The notes: generated from the letters alone by a model not told the origin. 64,000 nt of DNA from an uncultured Candidatus Izemoplasmatales bacterium (GCA_964655885.1 CAZZPD010000001.1:11441-75440), one strand, 5' to 3'. Counted from the first letter of the stretch, positions 1-10,841 are shown. Numbers and translations: made by a program.

Positions 1-285
1 TTTTGCCAGTATTTTTCTTTGTGATTTTTTATAAAAAACAAAAATTTAATTTACTTTCCAATTCAAATTTCTTTGATTTTTTTATCACGCGAAAACTGCT
101 ACTGTTCAATATGATTCTCTTTATAAATTTTATAATTAGAGACCCATAAATTCATAATTTGATTAATCATAAAATATCATTTTCTTAAATTGTTTTGCCT
201 AAATTATAGAATCATTTCTTCTTAAAATAAATAATAATTAAAAACGCTATATATAGAGCTTTCCAGTTGTTTTAATTGAAGAATT

Positions 286-313
286 AAAAAAGTCGATAAA
301 AATCGACTTTTTA
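286..313 (-). terminator. Intrinsic terminator downstream of glnS
   Basis: AAAAAAGTCGAT-aaaa-ATCGACTTTTTT inverted repeat directly after the glnS stop. Confidence 0.85.
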
Positions 314-1948
314 TTATTTAAAACTTGATCTAAGTTCACAAATTCTATTAAAAATTAATAAGTCTTTTGTTGAATCATAATCAGTAGCAAAGTATCCATT
401 TCTTATGAATTGAAATCTTTCTAATGAGTAAGTATTTTCCAAATCTGATTCTACAAACCCATTAAATTCTTTCCATGAATTCGGATTTAATCTTTCAATC
501 ATATCTCTTTTTGAATCAGAATCAATCATTAAAGGTTCAAATAAATTGAATCTAGATTTTTTAGCTGTTGTAGCTTCTACAAAATGAATATTTCCATTAG
601 GTTTTCTTTCATTGAATCCTGACCCTGATTTTGTTGATTTATCATATGTACATAATATTTCCACTATGTTACCATCTTTATCTTTAATGATTTCATTACA
701 TTTTATGAAGTAAGCGTGCATTAATCTAACTTCTATTCCAAGAGATAAACGTTTCCATTTTTTATTAGGTTTAACTTCTAAAAAATCGGTTTTTTCAATA
801 TATACGTTTCTACCAAAAGCTACTTTTCTAGTTCCTAAATCTTCATTATCTCTACTATATTCAACATCTATCCACTCTATTTTACCTTCCGGATAGTTTG
901 TAATCGTTACTTTTAAAGGATTTATTACAGCATTAACTCTTTTCACTTTAAAGTTTAAATCATTCCTTAATGAAGTTTCCAACATTTCACTTGAAACCGT
1001 TGAATTTATTCTTGATAGTCCCGTTCCTAATACAAAGTCTTTAATTGATTCTTTTGTATATCCTCTTCTTCTTAAGCCTGTTAGCGTTGGCATTCTAGGA
1101 TCATCATAGCCTCTAACTAATTTTGACTCTACAAGTTGTTTAAGATATCTTTTTGACATAATTGTATTAGTAATATTAAGTCTACCGAATTCATATTGAT
1201 GAGGTATATGTGGCATTTCGCATTTTTCTACTACCCAATCATATAAAACTCTATGATCATCATACTCAAGAGAACATAACGAATGGGTAACGCCTTCTAT
1301 AGCATCTTGTAATGGATGTGCAAAATCATACATAGGATAAATGCACCATTTGTTTCCGGTATTGTGATGCTCTATATGAATAATACGATAAATGACTGGA
1401 TCTCTCATATTCATATTTGGTGAAGCCATATCAATCTTGGCTCTTAATGTTTTTTCTCCATCTTCATATTTTCCATTCTTCATTTCTTCAAATAATCTTA
1501 AATTTTCTTCTACTGTTCTATTTCTGTTAGGTGATTCTTTTCCGGGTTCTTTTAGGGTTCCTCTATATGCTCTCATTTCATCTTGATTAAGATCACATAC
1601 ATAGGCCAATCCTTTTTTGATTAGTTTGACTGCTAACTCATAAGTTTGATCAAAATAATCAGAACCAAAAAGAACATTTTTAGGGTTGTACCCCAACCAT
1701 TCTATATCCTTTTTTATCGCTTCCACAAAAGAGCTGTCTTCTTTAACTGGATTTGTATCATCAAATCTTAGATTTGTATAGCCATTAAATATTTTAGCTA
1801 ATTCAAAATTAGTAATGATAGCTCTAGCGTGTCCAATATGCAAATACGCATTAGGTTCCGGAGGGAACCTTGTGATTATCTTATCTACTTTATTATTTTT
1901 TAAATCTTCTTCCATGATGGTTTTTATAAAATTAGATTCTATTTCCAT
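314..1948 (-). CDS. glnS: Glutamine--tRNA ligase
   Basis: TRFPPEPNAYLHIGH (HIGH), RFDDTNP, THSLCSLEY, MSKR, C-terminal QFIRNGYF; 544 aa. Confidence 0.95.
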   Translation of the reverse strand: MEIESNFIKTIMEEDLKNNKVDKIITRFPPEPNAYLHIGHARAIITNFELAKIFNGYTNLRFDDTNPVKEDSSFVEAIKKDIEWLGYNPKNVLFGSDYFDQTYELAVKLIKKGLAYVCDLNQDEMRAYRGTLKEPGKESPNRNRTVEENLRLFEEMKNGKYEDGEKTLRAKIDMASPNMNMRDPVIYRIIHIEHHNTGNKWCIYPMYDFAHPLQDAIEGVTHSLCSLEYDDHRVLYDWVVEKCEMPHIPHQYEFGRLNITNTIMSKRYLKQLVESKLVRGYDDPRMPTLTGLRRRGYTKESIKDFVLGTGLSRINSTVSSEMLETSLRNDLNFKVKRVNAVINPLKVTITNYPEGKIEWIDVEYSRDNEDLGTRKVAFGRNVYIEKTDFLEVKPNKKWKRLSLGIEVRLMHAYFIKCNEIIKDKDGNIVEILCTYDKSTKSGSGFNERKPNGNIHFVEATTAKKSRFNLFEPLMIDSDSKRDMIERLNPNSWKEFNGFVESDLENTYSLERFQFIRNGYFATDYDSTKDLLIFNRICELRSSFK

Positions 1949-1949
1949 A

Positions 1950-2954
1950 TTATTTCTCCTCTACCAAGTTAAGTCTTGATGAACCGTTTAACATTAAATC
2001 ATCAACTTGGTTTTCTTTCATAAACTTATGGTACCCTGCAATTGATATCATAGCTGCGTTATCTGTACAATATTTCATATTAGGGAATAATACTGGTATA
2101 TCAGTAATATTTTCTTTCATTTTCTTTCGTAGTCCTGAATTAGCAGCCACACCGCCAGCAACGACTATCTGTTTTACTTTGTATTGTTCTTTTGCTTTTA
2201 TGGTTTTAGCTACCAAAACGTCTGTTACGGCGTCTTGAAAAGAAGCGCAGAAGTTTTCAACATTGATTTCTTCTTTTCTTTGTTTCATATTGTGGTTTAG
2301 ATTAATTACGTGTGATTTTAATCCCGAAAAACTGAAATTAAAATCATTAGAATCAATCATTGGTCTTGGGAAATGATATGTTGGCTCCCCCTGTCGAGCT
2401 AATTTATCAACGATTGGTCCTCCTGGATATGATAAGCCAAGAACTCTAGCTACTTTATCGTATGCTTCACCTACAGCGTCATCTTGAGTTTCACCTAATT
2501 TTTCAAATGAAAAATGTTCTTTCATTAAAATTAACTCTGTATGTCCACCACTTACTACTAAAGCAATTAATGGAAATTGCATATCCTCTTCTATATGACT
2601 TGCATAAATATGTCCACTGATATGATGGACTCCTATAATTGGAATATTATAATTTAAACTTACTACTTTTGCTGCATTAACGCCTATTAATAACGACCCG
2701 ATTAATCCCGGACCTTCAGTAACGGCTATTAAATCTATTTCTTCATAAGTTATATTAGCTTCTTTTATTGCTTGATCAAAAACGAAAGTAATACCCTTGA
2801 TATGCTCTCTAGAAGCTATTTCAGGGACTACGCCACCATATGCTTTATGTATATCTATTTGAGATAAAACTACGTTAGATAAAACATCTTTACCGTCTTT
2901 TGTAACGCTCACACTGGTTTCATCACAGCTTGTTTCTACTCCTAGAACGTACAT
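1950..2954 (-). CDS. tsaD: tRNA t6A threonylcarbamoyltransferase
   Basis: [51 protein letters not shown]. Confidence 0.97.
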   Translation of the reverse strand: MYVLGVETSCDETSVSVTKDGKDVLSNVVLSQIDIHKAYGGVVPEIASREHIKGITFVFDQAIKEANITYEEIDLIAVTEGPGLIGSLLIGVNAAKVVSLNYNIPIIGVHHISGHIYASHIEEDMQFPLIALVVSGGHTELILMKEHFSFEKLGETQDDAVGEAYDKVARVLGLSYPGGPIVDKLARQGEPTYHFPRPMIDSNDFNFSFSGLKSHVINLNHNMKQRKEEINVENFCASFQDAVTDVLVAKTIKAKEQYKVKQIVVAGGVAANSGLRKKMKENITDIPVLFPNMKYCTDNAAMISIAGYHKFMKENQVDDLMLNGSSRLNLVEEK

Positions 2955-3410
2955 TTAATCACTTCCTATCATTAAATACATTAATAATGCATTTTCTCCG
3001 TTTGGATAATAATTGTTTCTTGTTGTAATTACTTTGAATCCAAAGGATTCATATAAATTTATTGCTACATTATTAGAACTTCTTACTTCCAAAGTTATTT
3101 CTTTAATTTTTATTGATTTAAAATAACTCATGATGTAATCCATAAATTTTTTGCCTAATTTTCTACCTTGAAAATCTTTTACGATATAGAAATTGTTTAT
3201 CTGTGCTTTATCTTCATCAATCCATAAACTAACTTGTCCAATAAACTCTTTGTCACGCTTTGTTTCCATTACAAAATATCTCATTAGATTATTGTTCTTG
3301 ATATGTCTCTTAATCGTTTCTTCCCCTAATGTTTCACCAAGCATAATAAGATCATATTTTGAAATTTTAGATATATCAGATATGCGCATATTTCTAATTT
3401 CTATATCCAT
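2955..3410 (-). CDS. rimI: GNAT N-acetyltransferase, RimI-like
   Basis: FQGRKLG, LEVRSSNNVAINLYESFGF, RNNYY; lies in the conserved tsaE-tsaB-rimI-tsaD operon. Confidence 0.85.
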   Translation of the reverse strand: MDIEIRNMRISDISKISKYDLIMLGETLGEETIKRHIKNNNLMRYFVMETKRDKEFIGQVSLWIDEDKAQINNFYIVKDFQGRKLGKKFMDYIMSYFKSIKIKEITLEVRSSNNVAINLYESFGFKVITTRNNYYPNGENALLMYLMIGSD

Positions 3411-3413
3411 AAA

Positions 3414-4016
3414 CTACCTCTTATTTCTTTCTGCTTCTGTTATACGTAAATAATTTGGTTTTAAATCATGTATATTTTCTACTGATTGTAAAAGTTTTGA
3501 ATTTATGATTTTTGATATATCAGGTTTTCCGCCTTCTATAAAATCAAACTCAAAATCATGTGCAGATTTATACTCTTCAATATTTTCTAGACAGTCTTCT
3601 TCTATTCTTATCAGTGTATTATCTTGATTATTAAAGTGTGCCATAAAAGCATTGCCTCTTCTTGCATCAATAAATGGTATGATGTTTTTTTCTTTTGAGG
3701 CAGAAGCTATTAAAGCTAATGATGATACTGTTTTAACAGAAATGCTATTTAAATATCCTATCATTTTAGCAACCGTTACACCAATTCTCACTCCAGTATA
3801 ACTTCCTGGTCCTATTCCTACAATAATTTCATCTACTTCTTTAAGTGTTAAATTTTCTTTTTTTAACATCTCATCTAATAAAGGTATGATAGTTACTGAA
3901 TGATTGTTGATACCCTCTTGATAAACGTAATCTTTCTCTACACCATCGAGTACTAAACTTAAATATATATATTTAGTTGCTGTATCTATTACTAATATCT
4001 TTGACAATTTCTTCAT
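3414..4016 (-). CDS. tsaB: t6A biosynthesis protein TsaB
   Basis: LVIDTAT, GIGPGSYTGVRIG, IDARRG, PNYLR. Confidence 0.95.
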   Translation of the reverse strand: MKKLSKILVIDTATKYIYLSLVLDGVEKDYVYQEGINNHSVTIIPLLDEMLKKENLTLKEVDEIIVGIGPGSYTGVRIGVTVAKMIGYLNSISVKTVSSLALIASASKEKNIIPFIDARRGNAFMAHFNNQDNTLIRIEEDCLENIEEYKSAHDFEFDFIEGGKPDISKIINSKLLQSVENIHDLKPNYLRITEAERNKR

Positions 4017-4437
4017 ACCTTCCTTCTCCGCTTATAGTAACTTCTCTTATGCCCTCATCGTTAACACGAATCGACATTTTTAAAAGCTCTTTTGGTAACA
4101 TGCTTTTAATATATTGATACCATTCTATAACAGAAACTCCGTTACCATAAATATAATCATCTAATTCGTAATCATATCCGATATTTTCTAACCTGTAAAC
4201 ATCCATATGATATAAATTTAGTTCTTTATTGGGATAAATTTTAAGTATAGTAAAAGTTGGAGAATTTAGATTGTCCTTTATCCCCATATATTTAGATAAA
4301 TATTTGGTAAATGTTGTTTTTCCTGACCCTAAATCTCCAGTTAACCCCAAAATAAAACCAGGAAATAATTTGCTAGCTACAATTTTAGCTAATTTATCTG
4401 TATCTTCTAAAGTGTTTATGTAAATTCTAGCTTCCAC
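3973..4437 (-). CDS. tsaE: t6A biosynthesis ATPase TsaE
   Basis: GDLGSGKT, SPTFTI, HMDVYRL, VIEW; GTG start with GGAG RBS. Confidence 0.95.
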   Translation of the reverse strand: MEARIYINTLEDTDKLAKIVASKLFPGFILGLTGDLGSGKTTFTKYLSKYMGIKDNLNSPTFTILKIYPNKELNLYHMDVYRLENIGYDYELDDYIYGNGVSVIEWYQYIKSMLPKELLKMSIRVNDEGIREVTISGEGRYEEIVKDISNRYSN

Positions 4438-4615
4438 AACAATCTCCTTTTTAGCTAATTTTTTTACAGTAAAATTATATCATAAAATCTCTAATTCTCT
4501 AATACTTTTGCTAATAATGTAAAATCATCACCTAAGTTTTATAAACGAGTACATTTTTTTATGTTATAATATAATGTGATATAGTAGAAAGTATAAAATT
4601 GTCGAGGTTATCAAT

Positions 4616-5503
4616 ATGTTTTTGATTGTTCACAATCCTTTATCAAACAAAAGACGTTCAAAATTTAGGACCAATAGAATGGTCAAATTTTTTAAAAGAC
4701 ATTCTATCCCTTTTAAATTAAGATCAACTCTAAAAATAGAAAATCTAAATGATTATTTAGAAAAAAATAAAAAAATTACTGATATTCTATATTTAGGCGG
4801 AGACGGTTCTATTAACTATTTAATTAATAACGTTGATGTATCAAAAATAAAACAAAATATTTATTTAGCGAAATCAGGATCTGGAAATGATTTTTTAAGG
4901 AGTCTATCTAGAATTCATCATGGCAACATAACTATAGGTAAAGCAAATACTAACGTTGGTGATATTAAGTTTATCAATGGCGTTGGTATTGGAATTGACT
5001 CTCTGATTTGTCATTATGTTGATAATGATGTTAACAAAAGTAAGTTATCATACTTTTTACACTTCTTTAGGTCTATTATCAAATATAAAAGAAGAGATTT
5101 TGATGTGATAGTCGACGGAAAAGAATACCACTTTACTAAAGGATATTTTGTGGTTGTACAAAACGGTAAATATTTTGGTGGTGGAATGAAAGGTGCTCCA
5201 TATGCTGATATCACAGATGATAACTTTGAAGTTTGTGTTGCTCATAGTTTAAACAATCTTGTGATTCAATTATTATTCTTAACTGTTTATATGGGCTGGC
5301 ATCGTTTTATTACAAAAAGAGTTACTTTCTTAAAAGGGAAAGAAATAGAGATTAAAGTTAAAGACCCTTATTACTTCCAGACAGATGGAGAAGTAATTGA
5401 TGGAGTAAATAAAATTAATATAACAAAAGACTTTTCAAGAAAATTTTACGCATTTAGAAAAAAAGACTTTAAAAATCATATAGCAAAAAAATTCCACTCA
5501 TAA
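4616..5503 (+). CDS. Diacylglycerol/lipid kinase family protein (YegS/DagK-like)
   Basis: HNP, GGDGS, SGSGNDF, NGKYFGGG, QTDGE motifs. Confidence 0.85.
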   Translation: MFLIVHNPLSNKRRSKFRTNRMVKFFKRHSIPFKLRSTLKIENLNDYLEKNKKITDILYLGGDGSINYLINNVDVSKIKQNIYLAKSGSGNDFLRSLSRIHHGNITIGKANTNVGDIKFINGVGIGIDSLICHYVDNDVNKSKLSYFLHFFRSIIKYKRRDFDVIVDGKEYHFTKGYFVVVQNGKYFGGGMKGAPYADITDDNFEVCVAHSLNNLVIQLLFLTVYMGWHRFITKRVTFLKGKEIEIKVKDPYYFQTDGEVIDGVNKINITKDFSRKFYAFRKKDFKNHIAKKFHS

Positions 5504-5519
5504 TTTGAGTGGATTTTTT
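5485..5519. terminator. Bidirectional terminator between convergent lipid kinase and pgi
   Basis: A-tract, TCCACTCA-taatt-TGAGTGGA, T-tract. Confidence 0.8.
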
Positions 5520-6852
5520 ATTTTAATTTTTCTTCTAACTCTTTCTTCAATTCTTCATAACCCGGTTTTCCAAGTAAAGCAAACATGTTTTTCTTATATG
5601 CTTCTACTCCTGGTTGATTAAATGGATTAACTCCTAGCAAATATCCTGATACTCCACATGCTAATTCAAAGAAATAAGTTAAGTATCCAAAACTAAATGC
5701 ATCTGTTTCAGGGATATTAAGAACAATATTAGGAACGCCTCCATCTTTGTGTGCCAAAAGGGTTCCTTTTAATGCTTGTTTGTTAACGTAGTCTAATGAT
5801 TCGCCAGCTAAATAGTTTAGTCCATCTAAATTTAAATTATCTTCTTCAATTATAATTTCTTTATTTGGTTTTTCTATGTTAAGCACAGTCTCAAATAAGA
5901 TTCTTTCTCCATCTTGAACATACTGTCCAAGAGAATGTAAATCAGTACTAAATGATGCGCTGGCAGGGAAAATACCTAAATGATTTTTTCCTTCAGATTC
6001 ACCAAATAATTGCTTCCACCATTCTGACAAATAATTAAGTTTCTGTTCATAATTGACTAGCATTTCAATTGATTTGCCATTTCTATAAAGCAAATTTCTA
6101 ATAGCAACATACATATGTACATCGTTTTTAAATATACTTTTTCTAGTATATGCCGCTTTAGCTGATCTTGCGCCCCTTAACATGCTTCTAATATTGATAC
6201 CAGCTGCGGCAATAGGTAATAATCCCACTGGGGTCAATACAGAATACCTTCCCCCAATATTATCAGGAACAATAAATGTTTCATAACCATTTTGGACAGC
6301 TAATTTTCTTAATGCGCCTTTTGATTTATCAGTTGTAGCATAAATTCTTTCTTTTGCTTCATCAGTCCCATATTTTTCCTCAAGTAATTTTTTTAGAACT
6401 CTAAAAGCAATAGCTGGTTCTGTAGTCGTTCCTGATTTTGATATTACATTGATTGAAAAATCTTTATATTTCAAATAGTCTAATAACTCATTTAAATATG
6501 TTGAAGACATGTTATGCCCTGCAAACAAGACCTCAACGCTTCTTCTCTTTGGATAATATGGTAATAGATACTCTAATGCGGCTTTAGCCCCTAGATATGA
6601 ACCGCCTATCCCTATTACAACAAGAACTTTTGATTGTTGTCTAATTTTTTTAGCGGCCAATATTATTCTTTCAAATTCTTCTTTATCATAATCTTTTGGT
6701 AAATTAACCCATCCAAGAAATTCTTTTCCAGGGCCATTTTGTTCGTCTAATGTTTTTCTTGCTTTTGTTATTTCTGATTGTATTTTATATAACTCTTTTT
6801 CTTTAATGAAAGGAAGAGCATAACTATAATCTAAATTCAAATATTTATCCAT
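5518..6852 (-). CDS. pgi: Glucose-6-phosphate isomerase
   Basis: [42 protein letters not shown]; start moved to ATG 6852 behind GGAGGT. Confidence 0.97.
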   Translation of the reverse strand: MDKYLNLDYSYALPFIKEKELYKIQSEITKARKTLDEQNGPGKEFLGWVNLPKDYDKEEFERIILAAKKIRQQSKVLVVIGIGGSYLGAKAALEYLLPYYPKRRSVEVLFAGHNMSSTYLNELLDYLKYKDFSINVISKSGTTTEPAIAFRVLKKLLEEKYGTDEAKERIYATTDKSKGALRKLAVQNGYETFIVPDNIGGRYSVLTPVGLLPIAAAGINIRSMLRGARSAKAAYTRKSIFKNDVHMYVAIRNLLYRNGKSIEMLVNYEQKLNYLSEWWKQLFGESEGKNHLGIFPASASFSTDLHSLGQYVQDGERILFETVLNIEKPNKEIIIEEDNLNLDGLNYLAGESLDYVNKQALKGTLLAHKDGGVPNIVLNIPETDAFSFGYLTYFFELACGVSGYLLGVNPFNQPGVEAYKKNMFALLGKPGYEELKKELEEKLK

Positions 6853-6921
6853 AATTACCTCCAATTTTATTACACATAAAATTATACCATATATATGAAT
6901 AACAAAAAAATAAAAACGATA

Positions 6922-7254
6922 TCATCTATCGTTTTTTAAATAATCCTTTATCCAAATATCCAGTTGTTCAGCTAAAGGTTTAAATCCGTAAACCAATTTA
7001 ATGGTTTCTCGTTTTTTTCGTCCACTCATGTTTTCAGATTTGTAACTCAATGATAGTTTCTGCTCTCTTGATACGCTTAATACTTTTAGAGTTACGATAT
7101 CTCCTACACTAAGATAGTCTTCTATACTCCTAACAAACCTGTCACTTATTTCTGATATATGAATCAATCCATCGAATGATTCATCGACTTTAACAAAAGC
7201 CCCATATGGTTTAATACTAGTAATCCGACCTTTGACGATGTCTCCTGCTTTCAT
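6922..7254 (-). CDS. S1 RNA-binding domain protein (YugI/GSP13/CvfD-like)
   Basis: GDIVKGRITSIKPYGAFV, GLIHISEIS, GFKPL tail; next to pgi as in Bacilli; start at ATG 7254 behind GAGGTG. Confidence 0.85.
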   Translation of the reverse strand: MKAGDIVKGRITSIKPYGAFVKVDESFDGLIHISEISDRFVRSIEDYLSVGDIVTLKVLSVSREQKLSLSYKSENMSGRKKRETIKLVYGFKPLAEQLDIWIKDYLKNDR

Positions 7255-7321
7255 ATTTAACACCTCTCAAAGAAATTACATATATTATAACATAATTATT
7301 TAATTAAAAAAGGTGTTTTAC

Positions 7322-8566
7322 TTAAGGTTTAACAATTACATTTCTAATTTCGTTTCCTTTTGTTAAATATGATACCTCAAACAAATTGTTTTTGTAATCA
7401 TAATTTATAATGAATAAATACAAATATCGATTTGCCATCCGTTTAAAAAAAGCGGTTGCTAATTCTTTAAATTTCTTTGTGTCGGCTGTTCTGATGTCGA
7501 TTCCAACTAATTTACGGTTACTATAGTTATTCTGTAAGATTTCAAAATCAGTGTCTAAAGTCCCATTAACACTCCTTGTAATATAATAATCACTAACAAA
7601 ATGAGAATGTAATTCAGAACAGATATCTTCAACAAAATCACTTAAGTAATTTTCATCAAATTGCTTTAGACTTGATGATTGAATAAAATACTCTTTTAAA
7701 GATGAAACAATTGTATCTTTTATCTTTATTACACTACTAAAAATATTTTGAGTAACAAAATAAACATTATGTTTTTCAAAGATATTTATTAAATCAATGA
7801 TTTTTTCATATTTGCTATAGTCTACTTCAACATCGTGATAGTTATGAATTAAATTATTTCTATGATATATAATTTCTTTAAATGTATCATAATATTTGTC
7901 AATCTCTGGAAAATCTTTAGAAAGGTTATCAACAATATCATATAAAGGAAGTTTATCTATCATTTCATTATCATTTCCATTTGAGATATAATCTTTAACT
8001 GCCGTCTCCAAATCTAAATATTGTGTAATAAACAAATCTAAACTTACTTTCTTCTGGTAAGGATCAATAACCGTTTTGTCTAAATCTTTTAAAATATTAT
8101 TAACTCTTTCAGGGTCAAATAATCTATAAATATAGACAACTAAGAATTGAATTGCTAAGACAGTTAAAAAAGCTGTAAATAATGCAGACTTTAATGTATA
8201 AATCAAATACAAATTAATCAAATTGAAGATAATAATAACTAAAGAATATATTATTACGAACATCATCTCATGATAAACATCTTTTTCAAGTTTTTTGATG
8301 ATGTAATTATCGTAGTTATCTCCTTTTACCGCTTCTATATTGTGTAGATAATAACTATATGAAATTGGTAATAACGCAATTAAAGCAGCTAATGTTTGCA
8401 TAGAAGATGAAAAAATCCATGTTACATTGCCGTTATTTGAGCCAAATATATTCGCAAAATATAGCAAAACAAAAACAATTATTAAAATCAAAGTCATAAT
8501 AAGGTTTAACTTTAAAGATAAAAATTTTAATATCTGTCTAATGAATAAATTGTTTTTTGTTTTCAA
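7322..8566 (-). CDS. Membrane protein with HEPN-like domain and possible C-terminal restriction-endonuclease-like domain
   Basis: About 4 hydrophobic segments in the first 150 aa; FITQYLDLE helix plus RNNLIH (Rx4H) motif; C-terminal TDF...GIDIR; probable TTG start at 8566 behind GAGGTG (ORF track start 8575). Confidence 0.6.
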   Translation of the reverse strand: MKTKNNLFIRQILKFLSLKLNLIMTLILIIVFVLLYFANIFGSNNGNVTWIFSSSMQTLAALIALLPISYSYYLHNIEAVKGDNYDNYIIKKLEKDVYHEMMFVIIYSLVIIIFNLINLYLIYTLKSALFTAFLTVLAIQFLVVYIYRLFDPERVNNILKDLDKTVIDPYQKKVSLDLFITQYLDLETAVKDYISNGNDNEMIDKLPLYDIVDNLSKDFPEIDKYYDTFKEIIYHRNNLIHNYHDVEVDYSKYEKIIDLINIFEKHNVYFVTQNIFSSVIKIKDTIVSSLKEYFIQSSSLKQFDENYLSDFVEDICSELHSHFVSDYYITRSVNGTLDTDFEILQNNYSNRKLVGIDIRTADTKKFKELATAFFKRMANRYLYLFIINYDYKNNLFEVSYLTKGNEIRNVIVKP

Positions 8567-8695
8567 ATTTATCACCTCTATATAATTATACTATGATTTT
8601 TTTATTGTGTATATAAACTACAATAATTGATTTAAAATTTTTCTTTTAATTATAATATGCTATAATTAAATTAGATTTAAAAAGGGGTGATTTTT

Positions 8696-9715
8696 ATGAG
8701 TTTCAATTTAAAATTTCGAAATCCGCCTGGAACATTAATATATACAGGAAAAGATCAAAAAGACACTACTATTAAACATATTCAATATTCTTCTGATGAT
8801 TTAAGAATCTTTGATGAATTAGTTGAATATTCAGATAAACATGTTGATTATATATCTATTGAAGGGTTAAAAAACACAGAAAAAATACGCGATATCTGTA
8901 CATCTATTAATGTTGACCCATTAACGATTGAAGATATTTTAAACCCTACCCAGAGAAACAAATTCGAAGTAAGTACCTCGTACCTTTTCTCTGTTACAAA
9001 GTTTGCATACTTAAGAAACAATGAAGTTTATTATAATTATATTAGTATTCTTCTACTAAAAGATTTAATCATCACTTTTTCTGAAAAAGAAAATATATTT
9101 TTAGATGATATTGTAAAAAGGTTAAAAAATAGTAAATTATCTATATCTAAATTAAGAGAAGATTATTTATTTTATGTAATCTATGACATGATTGTTGATG
9201 AAGAATTAAATTTATATTATCATTTAAATTCAAAACTCGAAGATTTAGAAGATAACCTTATGGTTCTTAATAAAAACTATCAAAAAGATTTATATCTCTT
9301 GCGCAAAAACTTCAATTATCTAGAAAGTCAAACAAAGCAACTTATACAATATGCAAATCCAAAAAAATTATTAACAACCAATTTCATTACATCTAATATT
9401 AAAAAATATCTAGAAGATTTAGAGGATCATATTGTGACTCTAAATGAGAATGCGCATATATCATTAGAGTCTGTTGACAATTTATTTAATGTGTATTCAA
9501 ATAACTTATCAAATAAAACTAATGAAATTATGAAAACTTTAACGATTTTCAGTGCGATTTTTATCCCACTATCATTCGTAACAGGATTCTTTGGCATGAA
9601 TTTTACAAATTTTGCTATTCTGAAAAATCAATATGGGTTAATTATTTTTACATTGATATGTTTAATCATACCGATATTAATGTTATTATATTTTAAAAAG
9701 AAAAAATGGTTTTAA
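8696..9715 (+). CDS. corA: CorA-family Mg/Co transporter
   Basis: PPGTLIYTG N-terminus, NEIMKTLT, GFFGMNF (GMN), two C-terminal TM helices. Confidence 0.92.
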   Translation: MSFNLKFRNPPGTLIYTGKDQKDTTIKHIQYSSDDLRIFDELVEYSDKHVDYISIEGLKNTEKIRDICTSINVDPLTIEDILNPTQRNKFEVSTSYLFSVTKFAYLRNNEVYYNYISILLLKDLIITFSEKENIFLDDIVKRLKNSKLSISKLREDYLFYVIYDMIVDEELNLYYHLNSKLEDLEDNLMVLNKNYQKDLYLLRKNFNYLESQTKQLIQYANPKKLLTTNFITSNIKKYLEDLEDHIVTLNENAHISLESVDNLFNVYSNNLSNKTNEIMKTLTIFSAIFIPLSFVTGFFGMNFTNFAILKNQYGLIIFTLICLIIPILMLLYFKKKKWF

Positions 9716-9720
9716 CACTT

Positions 9721-9753
9721 AAAAAGGTTAGCAAAATGCTAACCTTATTTTTT
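9721..9753. terminator. Bidirectional terminator between corA and pgpA-like gene
   Basis: AAGGTTAGCA-aaa-TGCTAACCTT with flanking A/T tracts. Confidence 0.8.
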
Positions 9754-10246
9754 ATTCCTCAGCGTTATGGGCAACGCTGCTAGCCGCTGCTGCAGCAATC
9801 GCTCCAATAATATCATCCATAAAAGTATGACATGTATTTGTTTGTTTTCCCATGCGATCTAACTCGCCAATAATTCCTGGTTTAGTTTTATCAACATATC
9901 CAAAATTTGTAAGTCCTATTGACCCATAAACATTACAAATAGATAAAACCAATATTTCATCTATTCCATATAGTGGACTATCATTGTTTATTAGTGATTG
10001 TAATGGCTCAGATAATTTGTTTTCTTCTGCGAGTTTATCTAGTTCAATTCCAGTAAGAATCGCATTTTGAACTTCTCTTTTTCCCAAAACTCTTAAGATA
10101 GCATCTAAACATATTTCATTTGTTAATTCTGGGACATATTTTTTTTGTAATCCGTATACAATATCTACGATATGATCGAGTGTCACTCCTCTTTCGTTCA
10201 ATATTCTTATACAGATTTCTTTCATATTTTTTGTTGTTTTATTCAT
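9752..10246 (-). CDS. Phosphatidylglycerophosphatase A family (YutG-like)
   Basis: LNERGVT, KREVQNAILTGIELD, YGIDE, YGSIGLTNFGYVDK, FMDDIIGAIAAAA. Confidence 0.88.
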   Translation of the reverse strand: MNKTTKNMKEICIRILNERGVTLDHIVDIVYGLQKKYVPELTNEICLDAILRVLGKREVQNAILTGIELDKLAEENKLSEPLQSLINNDSPLYGIDEILVLSICNVYGSIGLTNFGYVDKTKPGIIGELDRMGKQTNTCHTFMDDIIGAIAAAAASSVAHNAEE

Positions 10247-10254
10247 AAAATCAC

Positions 10255-10491
10255 CTACCAAACATGTTCTACACCAATAACACCAGGAACGCGTTCAAGT
10301 AATGTGTCTTCAACAAGCTCGCTCAATGTATCTTCAAAACCAGCACATCCTACACAAGCGCCCATCATTTTTACATATACAATGCCATCTTCAAATTTAA
10401 CAAATTCTATATCTCCACCGTCTCGATTTATATATGGTCTAATAAGTTCTAATACCTCTTTGATTTCAACGATGATTTCTTCATATGTCAT
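10255..10491 (-). CDS. NifU/Nfu-like Fe-S scaffold (YutI-like)
   Basis: IRPYINRDGGDIE, GACVGC (CxxC). Confidence 0.9.
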   Translation of the reverse strand: MTYEEIIVEIKEVLELIRPYINRDGGDIEFVKFEDGIVYVKMMGACVGCAGFEDTLSELVEDTLLERVPGVIGVEHVW

Positions 10492-10502
10492 AATATTACC
10501 TT

Positions 10503-10775
10503 CTATTCTTTTCTGTTTAAATAAGGGTTAAATTTAGGATTTTTTAAAATATAATAAGCACATCCAGGTGCACAAGATTCTATTAAATAATCAGGAATTT
10601 GATTGTAGTTATCATTTGTAAATCCTTTAAGTCTTAGTAACCCGGCAGAATAATCGCCAACTACATAAGGGTATATATTAAATATATCAAAATACCTTTT
10701 GTTAAAATCATCTAAAACAAAAGCATCTTTAAAATCTTTAATTAATTCAAATTCTCCATGCATAGTTTCTATCAT
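10503..10775 (-). CDS. YutD/DUF1027 family protein
   Basis: YVVGDYSAGLLRLKGF, IPDYLIESCAPGCAYYIL. Confidence 0.8.
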   Translation of the reverse strand: MIETMHGEFELIKDFKDAFVLDDFNKRYFDIFNIYPYVVGDYSAGLLRLKGFTNDNYNQIPDYLIESCAPGCAYYILKNPKFNPYLNRKE

Positions 10776-10841
10776 ATTATCTATCTCCTAGCATAAATAT
10801 TTTATCACAAATTTGTTTTTTGACAAGAAATATCACTTTTT

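Noticed and set aside
1..285. Non-coding AT-rich start of the window as possible ncRNA or gene remnant
   Set aside because: No recognisable RNA structure or ORF; context is cut by the window edge
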